Positions 1 to 10,554 of a stretch of DNA of 64,000 bases are shown here, in pieces; within the stretch, counting starts at the first letter, position 1; every line of letters starts with the position of its first letter. Made by a program: the position numbers and the translations under genes. Source of the stretch: Gemmatimonadota bacterium (lineage in GTDB: Bacteria; Gemmatimonadota; Gemmatimonadetes; Gemmatimonadales; GWC2-71-9); assembly GCA_003222195.1 (NCBI GenBank), contig QHVB01000033.1, positions 2,808-66,807 on the forward strand. Direction: 5' to 3'. Below the pieces are notes generated by a model that had not been told where the DNA came from, did not search any database, and saw nothing but the letters and a program-made list of their open reading frames with translations.

Positions 1-335
1 GCTGGCCGCTGCAGCCCGAGAACTCCGAGCTGGCCCATCTGCCGAAGACCGATGCCGTCACGTACCTCAAGACGCAGGCGATCGCGCGCATCGTGCTCGA
101 AGACGTCCCGAACATCCAGGCGTCCTGGGTGACGATGGGGATGAAGGTCGGACAGGTGGCGCTCCGGTTCGGCGCGAACGATTTCGGCTCGCTCATGATG
201 GAGGAAAACGTCGTCTCGGCAGCGGGCACGACGTACCGCACGACGTTGAGCGAGATGCAGCGGTTGATCGCCGACGCCGGCTACACTCCGAAGCAACGCA
301 GGCAGGACTATACGATTCTCGAGGATGCCGCGTGA
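1..335 (+). CDS. Radical-SAM menaquinone (futalosine pathway) enzyme, MqnC/MqnE/CofH family, C-terminal fragment (5' end outside window)
   Basis: Open frame from the window edge to the TGA at 333-335. The translation ...YLKTQAIARIVLEDVPNIQASWVTMGMKVGQVALRFGANDFGSLMMEENVVSAAG... resembles the C-terminal region of this family. The fragment cannot separate MqnC from MqnE. Confidence 0.6.
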   Translation, partial: WPLQPENSELAHLPKTDAVTYLKTQAIARIVLEDVPNIQASWVTMGMKVGQVALRFGANDFGSLMMEENVVSAAGTTYRTTLSEMQRLIADAGYTPKQRRQDYTILEDAA

Positions 336-371
336 TGCAGGAGCTAGGAGCCGGGAGCCAGGAGCCGGGGA

Positions 372-767
372 ATGCCTGATGTTCTCATTCTCGTCGGATC
401 AGAATCCGATAAGCCTCGAATTGAACCGGCGTTCGAAATCCTCACGAAAGCCGGCTTTTCATACGAGTTCTACGCCTCGTCCGCTCACCGGCAACCCGAG
501 CAGACCGGTGATCTGGTGAAGAACGCGCGCAAGAAGGGCTTCAAGGTCGTGATCGCCGGCGCAGGGCTCTCGGCCGCGCTGCCGGGCTTCGCAGCGTCCC
601 TCACTGATCTGCCCGTGATTGGCGTGCCGTTTGCCGTCGGGCCGCTCAACGGTCTCGATGCCTTGCTAGCGACTGTGCAGGTGCCGCCGGGTGTGCCTGT
701 GGCCACCGTGGGCATCGACAACGCGAAGAACGCGGCACACCTCGCGATCCGCATTCTCAAGGCGTGA
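372..767 (+). CDS. purE: PurE / AIR-carboxylase family protein (short, 131 aa)
   Basis: ATG start. Carries the GSESD, SAHRQP and AGAGLSAALPG motifs of the PurE fold. It is shorter than a typical ~165-aa PurE and lacks the C-terminal helix. Confidence 0.6.
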   Translation: MPDVLILVGSESDKPRIEPAFEILTKAGFSYEFYASSAHRQPEQTGDLVKNARKKGFKVVIAGAGLSAALPGFAASLTDLPVIGVPFAVGPLNGLDALLATVQVPPGVPVATVGIDNAKNAAHLAIRILKA

Positions 768-810
768 CCTAGGCACTTCTTCTTCTTTTTTTCAACGCGC
801 GCCAAACGCA

Positions 811-887
811 TGTCATCCTGAGCGCCGCAGGCGCGAAGGACCTGCTTTTGCTTTTGAAGGAGATCCTTCGCTCCGCTCAGGATGACA
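811..887. repeat. 77-bp imperfect palindrome (REP-like element) between convergent purE and amidohydrolase genes; likely a bidirectional terminator
   Basis: Outer arms TGTCATCCTGAGCG (811-824) and CGCTCAGGATGACA (874-887) are perfectly complementary. Inner arms are GCGAAGGA and TCCTTCGC. It shares the CATCCTGAGCG...GCGAAGGAYCTGCTTTT module with 2828-2900. Confidence 0.8.
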
Positions 888-926
888 TCTGCGCGCGTCG
901 TTGCGACAACAAGAAAGAGGGAATGG

Positions 927-2345
927 TTAGAAGAGTCCCACCTTCCCTCTGACCGACTCGATCAACTTGGCTGGGTCATACCCGACTCCCTGCTTGAAAA
1001 CCAGACTGACATGCCGGATATCGGCAATGCCGGCCGCAGGATTGCCGTCGATCACGACGAGGTCGGCCTGCTTGCCCACCGCAATGGAGCCGATGCGATC
1101 CGCCCGGCCGAGGTACGTCGCCCCGTTCAGGGTGCAGACCTTGATCGCCTCGAGCGGCGTCAGGCCGCTTGCGACGAGCAGCTCGGCCTCCCGTTGGTCG
1201 GAGTACCCGGGGATCACACCGCCGGCGCCCGTCGGATCCGTCCCCGCCAGCAGCAATCCGCCGGCGCGAAAGAACGCCAGTTCCATCGCCTGGTCCAGCC
1301 CCAGCAGCTTCGCGAACGGCGACGTCGTGTTCTGCTGCACCCGCGCGTACTGCTGTTCGAACTGCGTCTTGAGGACGGGATCGAGCACGTCCAAACCGGG
1401 GGGCACCGGCTGCCCTGGCGTGACGGTCTCGAACACGGTCTGCGTCGACGTGACCGCGACGTGATGAGCGATCAGGTATTGCACGAGCGACGTGAATTCC
1501 GGCGATTTCGGATCCACGGCGCCGAGGGCGGTTATCCCCGCGTTCTGTCCGGGACAAAGGTCCGGTTGCTTGTCCTTGACGAAGTCGGTGGCGACGAAGA
1601 AGCCGTGCTCCAGGTCGTCGATGCCGAGATCGGCGGCTTCGCGGTAGGTGACCGAACAGAGATGGCCCGTGATCTTGAGTCCGCGCTTGTGCGCTTCATC
1701 CACCGCCGCGGCGAGCTCGGCGCGGGTGATGTTCATGTACGCTTTGAGCGACGTCGCGCCCGCGTCTGCCCAGAATGCCACGAAGCGGCGCGCGTCGGCC
1801 GAGTCCTTCAAAGCGTACATCTGTGTGAATGGGGACGGGCCGTTCACGTACGGTGCGGTGGCGTCGATCCAGGGTCCCACCTGATTCCCGGCCTTGATCG
1901 CCGCCGCGAGGTTCAGGTCGGCGTAGCCTCCGACGTTGCCGCCGGTCCGCATCGACGTGACGCCGCCCGCGAGGTACAGCCGCGAGAAGCTCACGTAATC
2001 GGCGCCGTAGACGCCCGGGCCGGTCGGGTAGTAGAGGTGCTCGTGCATCATCACGAGGCCGGGGATCACCGATTTCCCCGTGAGGTCCAGCACCTGCGCG
2101 CCCTCCGGCACTCTGGTCGAGCGGGCGGCGCCGAGCGCGATGATGTTCCCGTCACGGATGATCAGCGTCCGATCTTCCTTGGGCGCGGCGCCGGTGCCAT
2201 CGATGACGCGCACGTGGGTGAGGGCTACCACGGGCGTGTCGACCGTGACGTATTGCTTCACGGCGGTGGACAGCGTAGGACGCTGGGCTGTGGCGAGCGC
2301 GGGAACGAGGAGCAGGGCGGGGACGCAAAACGTGGACGTAGTCAT
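927..2345 (-). CDS. Secreted amidohydrolase family protein (imidazolonepropionase-like metal-dependent hydrolase)
   Basis: 472-aa ORF with an N-terminal signal peptide (ALLLVPALATAQ). Features include VRVIDGTG, a PGLVMMHEH metal-binding motif and a C-terminal AGTD...GADLVVIDGNP pattern typical of the family. Confidence 0.8.
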   Translation of the reverse strand: MTTSTFCVPALLLVPALATAQRPTLSTAVKQYVTVDTPVVALTHVRVIDGTGAAPKEDRTLIIRDGNIIALGAARSTRVPEGAQVLDLTGKSVIPGLVMMHEHLYYPTGPGVYGADYVSFSRLYLAGGVTSMRTGGNVGGYADLNLAAAIKAGNQVGPWIDATAPYVNGPSPFTQMYALKDSADARRFVAFWADAGATSLKAYMNITRAELAAAVDEAHKRGLKITGHLCSVTYREAADLGIDDLEHGFFVATDFVKDKQPDLCPGQNAGITALGAVDPKSPEFTSLVQYLIAHHVAVTSTQTVFETVTPGQPVPPGLDVLDPVLKTQFEQQYARVQQNTTSPFAKLLGLDQAMELAFFRAGGLLLAGTDPTGAGGVIPGYSDQREAELLVASGLTPLEAIKVCTLNGATYLGRADRIGSIAVGKQADLVVIDGNPAAGIADIRHVSLVFKQGVGYDPAKLIESVRGKVGLF

Positions 2346-2400
2346 GGCGTGACACTAGCACCGAGCCCGCTGCCTGACCAGCCGATCTATGGAGGTTCCC

Positions 2401-2763
2401 TCAGTGACCGTAACAACACGCCCCCAGGAGAAAGGCAACACCCAATACGGTATTGAAGATGTATTCGACCCACGTCGTGTAGCCGAGCTTCATGGAGTCC
2501 ACTTGGGTCCGGGGAATGCTACGACGACACATCGGGCACGAGTACCCCTCGGTGACCTGCAATTTCCACGGGATGCCCGAGACCGAGTCTGGAGTGATTT
2601 CGACCCAATGCCATTGCTCGACCACGCTCTTGGTCCAGATCCAAACGGGGGCGTCGGGGGCGATCGGCTTCAGCTCATCGACGGGACGCCGTCCCCAATA
2701 GGAGCAGCCTGCTATGAGGAACAACGCTGCGATGCACGAGCATCGCGTCATCAAGACTTTCAT
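2401..2763 (-). CDS. Hypothetical lipoprotein
   Basis: An internal ATG at 2763 gives MKVLMTRCSCIAALFLIAGC with a classical lipobox (LIAGC). There is a C-terminal hydrophobic segment and high GC3. Confidence 0.55.
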   Translation of the reverse strand: MKVLMTRCSCIAALFLIAGCSYWGRRPVDELKPIAPDAPVWIWTKSVVEQWHWVEITPDSVSGIPWKLQVTEGYSCPMCRRSIPRTQVDSMKLGYTTWVEYIFNTVLGVAFLLGACCYGH

Positions 2764-2827
2764 ACCTTCTATAGCGGGATTTGAGGCGGGAAACTGCAAT
2801 CCATTTTTACAAACGCGAACCACGCAT

Positions 2828-2900
2828 GGCATCCTGAGCGAAGCCCGCGCCAGCGGGCGGTAGCGAAGGATCTCCTGAGCGCAGCGAAGGATCTGCTTTT
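2828..2900. repeat. Second locus of the CCTGAGCG/GCGAAGGATCT REP-like repeat family (half element with internal duplication)
   Basis: Sequence is GGCATCCTGAGCGAAGCCCGCGCCAGCGGGCGGTAGCGAAGGATCTCCTGAGCGCAGCGAAGGATCTGCTTTT. It shares modules with 811-887 and contains a GCCCGC/GCGGGC hairpin. It lies in the divergent gap upstream of ispF. Confidence 0.65.
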
Positions 2901-2920
2901 AGAGTTATTTTGCTCTCCTC

Positions 2921-3430
2921 ATGCGAGTCGGCATCGGCTATGACTCACACCCCTTTGCCGCCGGCCGAAAGCTGATCCTCGGCGGCGTCGAAATCCCCAA
3001 TGCCAAGGGTCTGGCCGGCCACTCCGACGCTGACGCGATCGCGCATGCCGTCACGGACGCGATTCTCGGTGCCGCGGGGCTCGGCGACATCGGACGGATG
3101 TTTCCGAACGACGACCCGCAATGGAAGGGTGCACGCTCGATCGATCTGCTGAATAAGGCATTTCTCAAAGTCGTCGAGGCAGGCTTCCAGTTCGTGCACG
3201 CCGACGTCACCGTCATTATCGAGAAGCCCAAACTCGCCCCCCATATCGACGCGATGGAGGAACGGCTGGCTGAGGCGCTGCTTTCAGGGCCGGCCCATGT
3301 CTCGGTGAAAGCAAAAACGAACGAGGGCATGGGGTGGATTGGCCGCGGCGAGGGGATCGCCGTGATCGCGGTCGCGACGCTGGCCGGGCCGAGCGCCCAG
3401 CGGCTGAGCGGAGGGCATTCGGTCACCTGA
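2921..3430 (+). CDS. ispF: 2-C-methyl-D-erythritol 2,4-cyclodiphosphate synthase
   Basis: 169 aa. MRVGIGYDSHPF...GHSDADAIAHAVTDAILGAAGLGDIG is the canonical IspF signature. Confidence 0.95.
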   Translation: MRVGIGYDSHPFAAGRKLILGGVEIPNAKGLAGHSDADAIAHAVTDAILGAAGLGDIGRMFPNDDPQWKGARSIDLLNKAFLKVVEAGFQFVHADVTVIIEKPKLAPHIDAMEERLAEALLSGPAHVSVKAKTNEGMGWIGRGEGIAVIAVATLAGPSAQRLSGGHSVT

Positions 3431-4038
3431 CGGACCTTCTCGCGTTTCTCGAGCAGCTTCCCACCGGCCCGCTGTACGCGCTGATCGCGGTGCTGGCCGC
3501 CGTCGAAAACGTCTTTCCGCCGGTTCCCGCCGACGTGGCCGTCTCACTCGGCGCGTTCTTGTCGGGTCGCGGCGTGATGAACGCGTGGCTGGTTTTCATC
3601 CTGACCTGGGTGGCGAATGTGGGATCGGGCGCGGCCGTCTATGGGCTCGCGCGGCGTCACGGCGCTCTCGTATCTCGCGGCTTCCTGGGACGGCATATCT
3701 TTACGCCGCAAATCGTCGCGCACATCGCCGAGCAGTATCGCCGCCACGGCACGTACGGCATTTTTCTGTCACGCCTGTTGCCGCTCTGGCGCGGCGTCGT
3801 GATGCCTTTCGCCGGGATTGCCGGCGTTCCTCCCTGGCGCGCCCTGATTCCCCTGGCGCTCGCCTCGGCGGTGTACTATGGCGCGCTCACGTTTCTCGTC
3901 AGTCGGTTGGGAACGAATCTCGACGACGTGGTGCGCATGATCCGGCGTGTCAACTCGGTCCTCGCCATCGTCGCGGGGGTACTCGTCGTAGTGATCGTGA
4001 TATGGATCGTTCGGCGCCGGCGCCATCCTCCCCAATAG
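3427..4038 (+). CDS. DedA/SNARE-associated family membrane protein
   Basis: Shows the VENVFPPVPADV motif and multiple TM helices. The only canonical start (ATG 3334) overlaps ispF by 97 nt and adds an Arg-rich tail. The homology-consistent N-terminus begins at CTG 3427, in a CTGA overlap with the ispF stop. The start is uncertain. Confidence 0.7.
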   Translation: MTDLLAFLEQLPTGPLYALIAVLAAVENVFPPVPADVAVSLGAFLSGRGVMNAWLVFILTWVANVGSGAAVYGLARRHGALVSRGFLGRHIFTPQIVAHIAEQYRRHGTYGIFLSRLLPLWRGVVMPFAGIAGVPPWRALIPLALASAVYYGALTFLVSRLGTNLDDVVRMIRRVNSVLAIVAGVLVVVIVIWIVRRRRHPPQ

Positions 4039-4928
4039 CCCGAGCGTTTCGCCTCGAGCAGTTCCGCGATTACCTCGGACTCGAGGCCGGGAATAGTGCG
4101 AACACCGTCGCGAGTTATCTCCGCGATATCACGCGCCTCGCGGAGTACGCGACCAGTCACGGCGCGAGATCCCCCGAGCAGCTCTCCGCGGCCCAGCTGC
4201 GGGACTTCATCTACTCCCTCAAAGACCTGGGACTCGCGCCCACGACCATCGGCCGCCAGATCTCGGCGATCCGCACGTACTACAAATTCCTGGTGGGGGA
4301 GGGTCTCGCCGCCCGAGATCCCAGTGAGCGGATCGAATCCCCAAAACGGTGGCGTACGCTGCCGGCGGTCTTGAGCGTAGCCGAGATGCAGAAATTGCTC
4401 GAAGCCACCAACCCCGACCAACCCCTAGCGATTCGCGATCACGCACTCCTGGAATTCGCGTACGCCACCGGGGTACGCGTGTCAGAGCTCGTCGGCGTGA
4501 AGCTTCAGGATCTGTTCTTCAAGGAAGGGGTCGCCCGGGTATTCGGGAAAGGAGGAAAGGAACGTCTCGTACCCGTCGGGCGGCGGGCGATTGGCGAAGT
4601 CTCGATGTATGTCGAACAAGTAAGGCCAGCCCTGGACCGTGGGAAGGGTCGCGGCTTCCTGTTCTTGAACGCCCGCGGCACGCCGCTGTCGCGGGTCGGG
4701 GCGTGGGGCATCATCAAGGCAAACGCGCGGCGCGCCGGGCTCGCCAAGCGCGTCACGCCGCACACGCTGCGGCACACGTTCGCCACGCATCTGCTGGAGG
4801 GAGGCGCGGACCTGCGGGCGGTGCAGGAGATGCTGGGCCACGTGGACCTCGCGACGACCCAGCTCTACACCCATATCGACCGGGATTACCTCCAGACGGT
4901 GCATCGGAGTTACCACCCGCGCGCTTGA
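4002..4928 (+). CDS. xerD: Site-specific tyrosine recombinase XerD
   Basis: ATG at 4002 gives 308 aa. Features include the N-terminal SAM-like domain (FRDYLGLEAGNSANTVASYLRDI), the catalytic HTLRHTFATHLLEGGADLR...LGH...TQLYTH region, and a C-terminus ending ...YHPRA as in E. coli XerD. Confidence 0.9.
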   Translation: MDRSAPAPSSPIARAFRLEQFRDYLGLEAGNSANTVASYLRDITRLAEYATSHGARSPEQLSAAQLRDFIYSLKDLGLAPTTIGRQISAIRTYYKFLVGEGLAARDPSERIESPKRWRTLPAVLSVAEMQKLLEATNPDQPLAIRDHALLEFAYATGVRVSELVGVKLQDLFFKEGVARVFGKGGKERLVPVGRRAIGEVSMYVEQVRPALDRGKGRGFLFLNARGTPLSRVGAWGIIKANARRAGLAKRVTPHTLRHTFATHLLEGGADLRAVQEMLGHVDLATTQLYTHIDRDYLQTVHRSYHPRA

Positions 4929-4942
4929 ACGCCCCGACGGAC

Positions 4943-5584
4943 CTAGTGCCCGCTGCCGGTCGCCGCGGTGCGCTCCCCGCTCAAGAACGTCGCGATCGCC
5001 GCCGTTTCGGCATCGCTTAGGCCGAGATCCGGCATGATTTGGGACGCGGCGTTCTTGATCTTCTGAATCACATATTCGCGCGCCAGATGCCGTCCGCCGA
5101 GCTCCGGCCCGACTTTGATCAACTGGTTATCCGGGCGGCCGGACAGGTCGATGTTCGAGTGGCAGGTGTTGCAGCCCTTGGCCACGAACAGGATCTGGCC
5201 GCGCTCGCCGGCGGTCATGGCAGGTCGTGAGCCACCAGCGGCGACCACGCTCTGAGGATAAAGTCGCAGTTGGTTGTTCATGAATCCGGTCTTGATCGTG
5301 AGGAATACGCGTTCGGCGTTCGGGGCCGTGAAGGTAACGGCATAGGTCCCCGCAGACGGCCGCGCGACGGCCGGTACCGTGGCTTCGTGCTTACCCTCGG
5401 ATGTCGCTATCAGCAGACTGGGATGCAGGTCATTCAGCAACGTTCTGCCGTGCTGTCTCACTTGAAACTCGATGGTGTACTGCTGTCCCGCGACGAAGTA
5501 CTCCGGCAGATCTTTGACCGTGACCACCGCCCATCCGCCCATTGTGACGAAGCCTGCAATGAGTGCGGCTGCGAGCTTCAGCAT
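4943..5584 (-). CDS. Membrane-anchored c-type monoheme cytochrome with an N-terminal Ig-like (FixH-like) domain
   Basis: N-terminal TM segment, a CNTCH heme-binding motif, and a downstream IMPDLG segment as candidate Met ligand. Confidence 0.7.
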   Translation of the reverse strand: MLKLAAALIAGFVTMGGWAVVTVKDLPEYFVAGQQYTIEFQVRQHGRTLLNDLHPSLLIATSEGKHEATVPAVARPSAGTYAVTFTAPNAERVFLTIKTGFMNNQLRLYPQSVVAAGGSRPAMTAGERGQILFVAKGCNTCHSNIDLSGRPDNQLIKVGPELGGRHLAREYVIQKIKNAASQIMPDLGLSDAETAAIATFLSGERTAATGSGH

Positions 5585-5682
5585 GAGGTGCCTCCTGCGG
5601 CCTTGTGGTGTGTCCTCAAACCGACCCTTGTTAGGATGCCGGCACGCCTCCCGCGGTTTATTGCCGCAGTGTAGAATTCCGC

Positions 5683-6270
5683 GTGCTCTTCGTGCTCGAC
5701 AATTACGACTCCTTTACGTACAACCTCGTGCAGTACCTCGGCGAGCTGGGCGAGGAGCCGGTCGTCTATCGGAACGACGCGCTGAGCGTTTCCGACGTGC
5801 AGGCGCTGAAACCCACCGCCGCGGTGCTCTCGCCGGGTCCCAAGACGCCCGCCCAGGCGGGCATCCTAGTCCCCCTCGTGCGGGCGCTCGCCGGGCAGGT
5901 GCCGATTCTGGGCGTCTGCCTGGGCCATCAGGCGATCGGCGAGGCGTTCGGCGGGAAGATCGTCCGCGCGCCACGGCTGATGCACGGCAAGACCTGTCCC
6001 ATCGTGCACAGCGACGACGAGCTGTTCGATGGGGTTCCCAGCCCGTTTACGGCGATGCGCTACCACTCGCTCGTCGTCGATCCCGCCTCGCTCCCCCCCG
6101 CGCTGGTCGTCACCGCCATGAGCGCCGACCGCCAGGGGGATGCTGCGGAGATCATGGCTATGAAGCATCGCGATCATCCGACCTACGGCGTCCAGTTCCA
6201 TCCCGAGTCCATCGGGACGGAGCACGGGAAGCGGATTCTCGAGAATTTCCTCCGCGTCGTGCGGTCATAA
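5683..6270 (+). CDS. Anthranilate / aminodeoxychorismate synthase component II (class-I glutamine amidotransferase)
   Basis: GTG start. Features are MLFVLDNYDSFTYNLVQYL, GVCLGHQ (catalytic Cys) and GVQFHPES. No partner component I is in the window, so TrpG and PabA cannot be told apart. Confidence 0.88.
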   Translation: MLFVLDNYDSFTYNLVQYLGELGEEPVVYRNDALSVSDVQALKPTAAVLSPGPKTPAQAGILVPLVRALAGQVPILGVCLGHQAIGEAFGGKIVRAPRLMHGKTCPIVHSDDELFDGVPSPFTAMRYHSLVVDPASLPPALVVTAMSADRQGDAAEIMAMKHRDHPTYGVQFHPESIGTEHGKRILENFLRVVRS

Positions 6271-6335
6271 GAGACCGCAGGGCAAGGTGGTAGCTCAGGG
6301 GTAGACTCAACGGCACGGATTTTGTATCTTCCCCC

Positions 6336-8734
<2,399 letters not shown>

Positions 8735-8735
8735 C

Positions 8736-9560
8736 ATGGCCCAGCGGTTTGCGGCTGAGAGCAGCCCGTTTCTCATCGCGGGACCCTGCGTCGTCGAATC
8801 CGACGACCTCAACGTGCGCGTCGGCGAAGCGCTGGCCGAGCTCGCGGTCAAGCTCGGCATCGGCGTCATCTACAAGGCGTCGTACGACAAGGCGAATCGT
8901 TCGCGGCTGAACGCGCCGCGCGGCCCGGGCCTGGAAACCGGGCTGCGCGCGCTCGAGAAAGTGCGCAGTGCGACGGGCTTGCCGATCCTGACCGACGTCC
9001 ACGAGCCGGGACACGTTCCGCTCGCCGCCCGCGTGGCTGACGTCCTGCAGATCCCCGCGTTCTTGTGCCGCCAAACCGATTTGCTTGTCGCCGCGGGAAA
9101 AGCCAGCCGGCCCGTCAACATCAAAAAGGGTCAGTGGATGTCGCCCGAAGAGATGCGCGGCGCCGTCGAGAAGGTCCGCGCCGGCGGAGCGCCGGAAGTA
9201 GCGGTCACCGAGCGTGGGACGTTCTTTGGCTACGGCGATCTCGTCGTGGACATGCGCGCCTTCCCGCGATTGCGCGCGGCCTGTAACGCGCCGGTGATCT
9301 TCGACGCGACACATTCGGTGCAGCAGCCGGGGCAGGGCCCACAGGGCTCGACTGGGGGCGAGCGCGGCTTCATTCCCCCCTTGCTGTACGCCGCTGCCGC
9401 CGCGGGCGCCGATGGCTTCTTCCTCGAGACCCATCCCGATCCGGCGCGCGCGCCGTCCGACGGAGCGAACATGGTCCCGCTCGACCAGCTTGCTGGAATC
9501 GTGGGGCTCGCGGTGGACGTCTGGCATCGTGTCCGGGGGGGGGAGACCGTCCGTGCATAA
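8736..9560 (+). CDS. kdsA: 3-deoxy-8-phosphooctulonate synthase (Kdo8P synthase)
   Basis: 274 aa. Features are IAGPCVVES, YKASYDKANRS, FLCRQTDL and FDATHSVQQPG. Confidence 0.95.
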   Translation: MAQRFAAESSPFLIAGPCVVESDDLNVRVGEALAELAVKLGIGVIYKASYDKANRSRLNAPRGPGLETGLRALEKVRSATGLPILTDVHEPGHVPLAARVADVLQIPAFLCRQTDLLVAAGKASRPVNIKKGQWMSPEEMRGAVEKVRAGGAPEVAVTERGTFFGYGDLVVDMRAFPRLRAACNAPVIFDATHSVQQPGQGPQGSTGGERGFIPPLLYAAAAAGADGFFLETHPDPARAPSDGANMVPLDQLAGIVGLAVDVWHRVRGGETVRA

Positions 9561-10554
9561 GCCGCAGCGCGCTCCCGCGTCGCAGCCCGGCGGTAAGCAG
9601 CTCGTCGATCGCGGCAAGCGGGTGCTCGCGCTCGAGGCGGCAGCCGTCCAGCGGCTCGCCGAGACGCTCGGCCCGGCCTTCGCGCGCGCGATCGAGATTC
9701 TCGCCGGCGCCAAGGGACGAGTGATCGTCTCGGGGCTGGGGAAGTCGGGGCTGATCGCACGCAAGATCGCCGCGACCTTCACATCCACCGGCACACCGGC
9801 AGCGTTCCTGCATCCCGTGGACTCGCTGCACGGCGACCTCGGCATCGTGACTCGTGAGGACGTCGCCATCGTCCTCTCGAAAAGCGGCGCCTCCGACGAG
9901 CTGTTCGGTCTCGTCAGTCAGCTGAAACGCCTGGGAGTCCCGATCATCGCGCTGACCGGGGATGCCGATGCGCCGCTCGGACGGCAAGCGACCGTCGTCC
10001 TCGACGCCTCGGTCGCCGAGGAAGCTTGCCCAGAGACCCTCGCGCCCACGGCGAGCACCACCGTTGCGCTGGCGCTGGGCGACGCGCTCGCTGTGACGCT
10101 GCTCGAGGTCAAAGGCTTCCGGCGCGAGGATTTCGCCGCGCTGCATCCGGGCGGCGTGCTCGGCCGCAAGCTGTTGCTGCGGGTCGCCGACGTGATGCTG
10201 ACGCAGGATATCCCGATCCTCACGCCGGACCGCCCGATGCGGGAATGCGTCGTGCTCCTTGCCGAGAAGCGCGGCACGGTCGCGGTCGTCGAGAAGGGGA
10301 AGGGCACGCTCGCGGGCGTCGTCACCTCCGGCGACCTCACTCGGCTCATGGAGCGCACGGACAAGTTCTTGGACATGCCGGTCGGCGACGTCATGACCAA
10401 GATACCCAAGACCACGATCGCTGAGGAGCTGGCCAGCGCGGCCGTCAGTCTGATGGAGCGCCATGGAATCATGGCGCTGCCGGTACTCGACGGTGGCAGA
10501 AACGTCGTGGGGATCGTGCACCTGCATGATTTGATGAAAGCGGGCGCGGTATGA
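9553..10554 (+). CDS. kdsD: Arabinose-5-phosphate isomerase (KpsF/GutQ/KdsD family; SIS + tandem CBS)
   Basis: An in-frame GTG at 9553 (8-nt overlap with kdsA) gives ~333 aa. Shows the SIS motif VIVSGLGKSGLIARKIAATFTSTGTPA and C-terminal CBS pairs. Confidence 0.9.
   Translation: MHKPQRAPASQPGGKQLVDRGKRVLALEAAAVQRLAETLGPAFARAIEILAGAKGRVIVSGLGKSGLIARKIAATFTSTGTPAAFLHPVDSLHGDLGIVTREDVAIVLSKSGASDELFGLVSQLKRLGVPIIALTGDADAPLGRQATVVLDASVAEEACPETLAPTASTTVALALGDALAVTLLEVKGFRREDFAALHPGGVLGRKLLLRVADVMLTQDIPILTPDRPMRECVVLLAEKRGTVAVVEKGKGTLAGVVTSGDLTRLMERTDKFLDMPVGDVMTKIPKTTIAEELASAAVSLMERHGIMALPVLDGGRNVVGIVHLHDLMKAGAV

Noticed and set aside
372-767. The PurE-like protein might be LarB, working with the larC at 43235.
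   Set aside because: LarB proteins are roughly twice as long, with an extra N-terminal region. The two genes are 42 kb apart on opposite strands. Nothing in the sequence specifically supports the link.
882-2456. Many very long ORFs lie antisense or out of frame to the called genes. Examples are 882-2456, 5472-6293, 8724-9869, 9370-10560, 12355-13593, 13629-15116, 45397-47364, 53808-54725 and 61926-63485.
   Set aside because: These are typical high-GC shadow ORFs. They are Arg/Gly/Pro/Ala-rich with no recognisable motifs. Each is fully overlapped by an opposite- or other-frame ORF with clear family signatures.
4002-4928. The tyrosine recombinase might be the integrase of a mobile element.
   Set aside because: Sequence features are those of housekeeping XerD, including the C-terminal ...HPRA. 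Its flanks are core genes (ispF, dedA, trpG) with no att-like repeats, tRNA junction or GC anomaly.
6277-6325. A tRNA-like D-arm string (GGTAGCTCAGGGGTAGA) lies in the trpG-kdsB gap.
   Set aside because: The D-stem complement is wrong (GACT instead of GAGC). No acceptor stem, anticodon arm or T-arm can be formed. This is probably chance or a decayed fragment.
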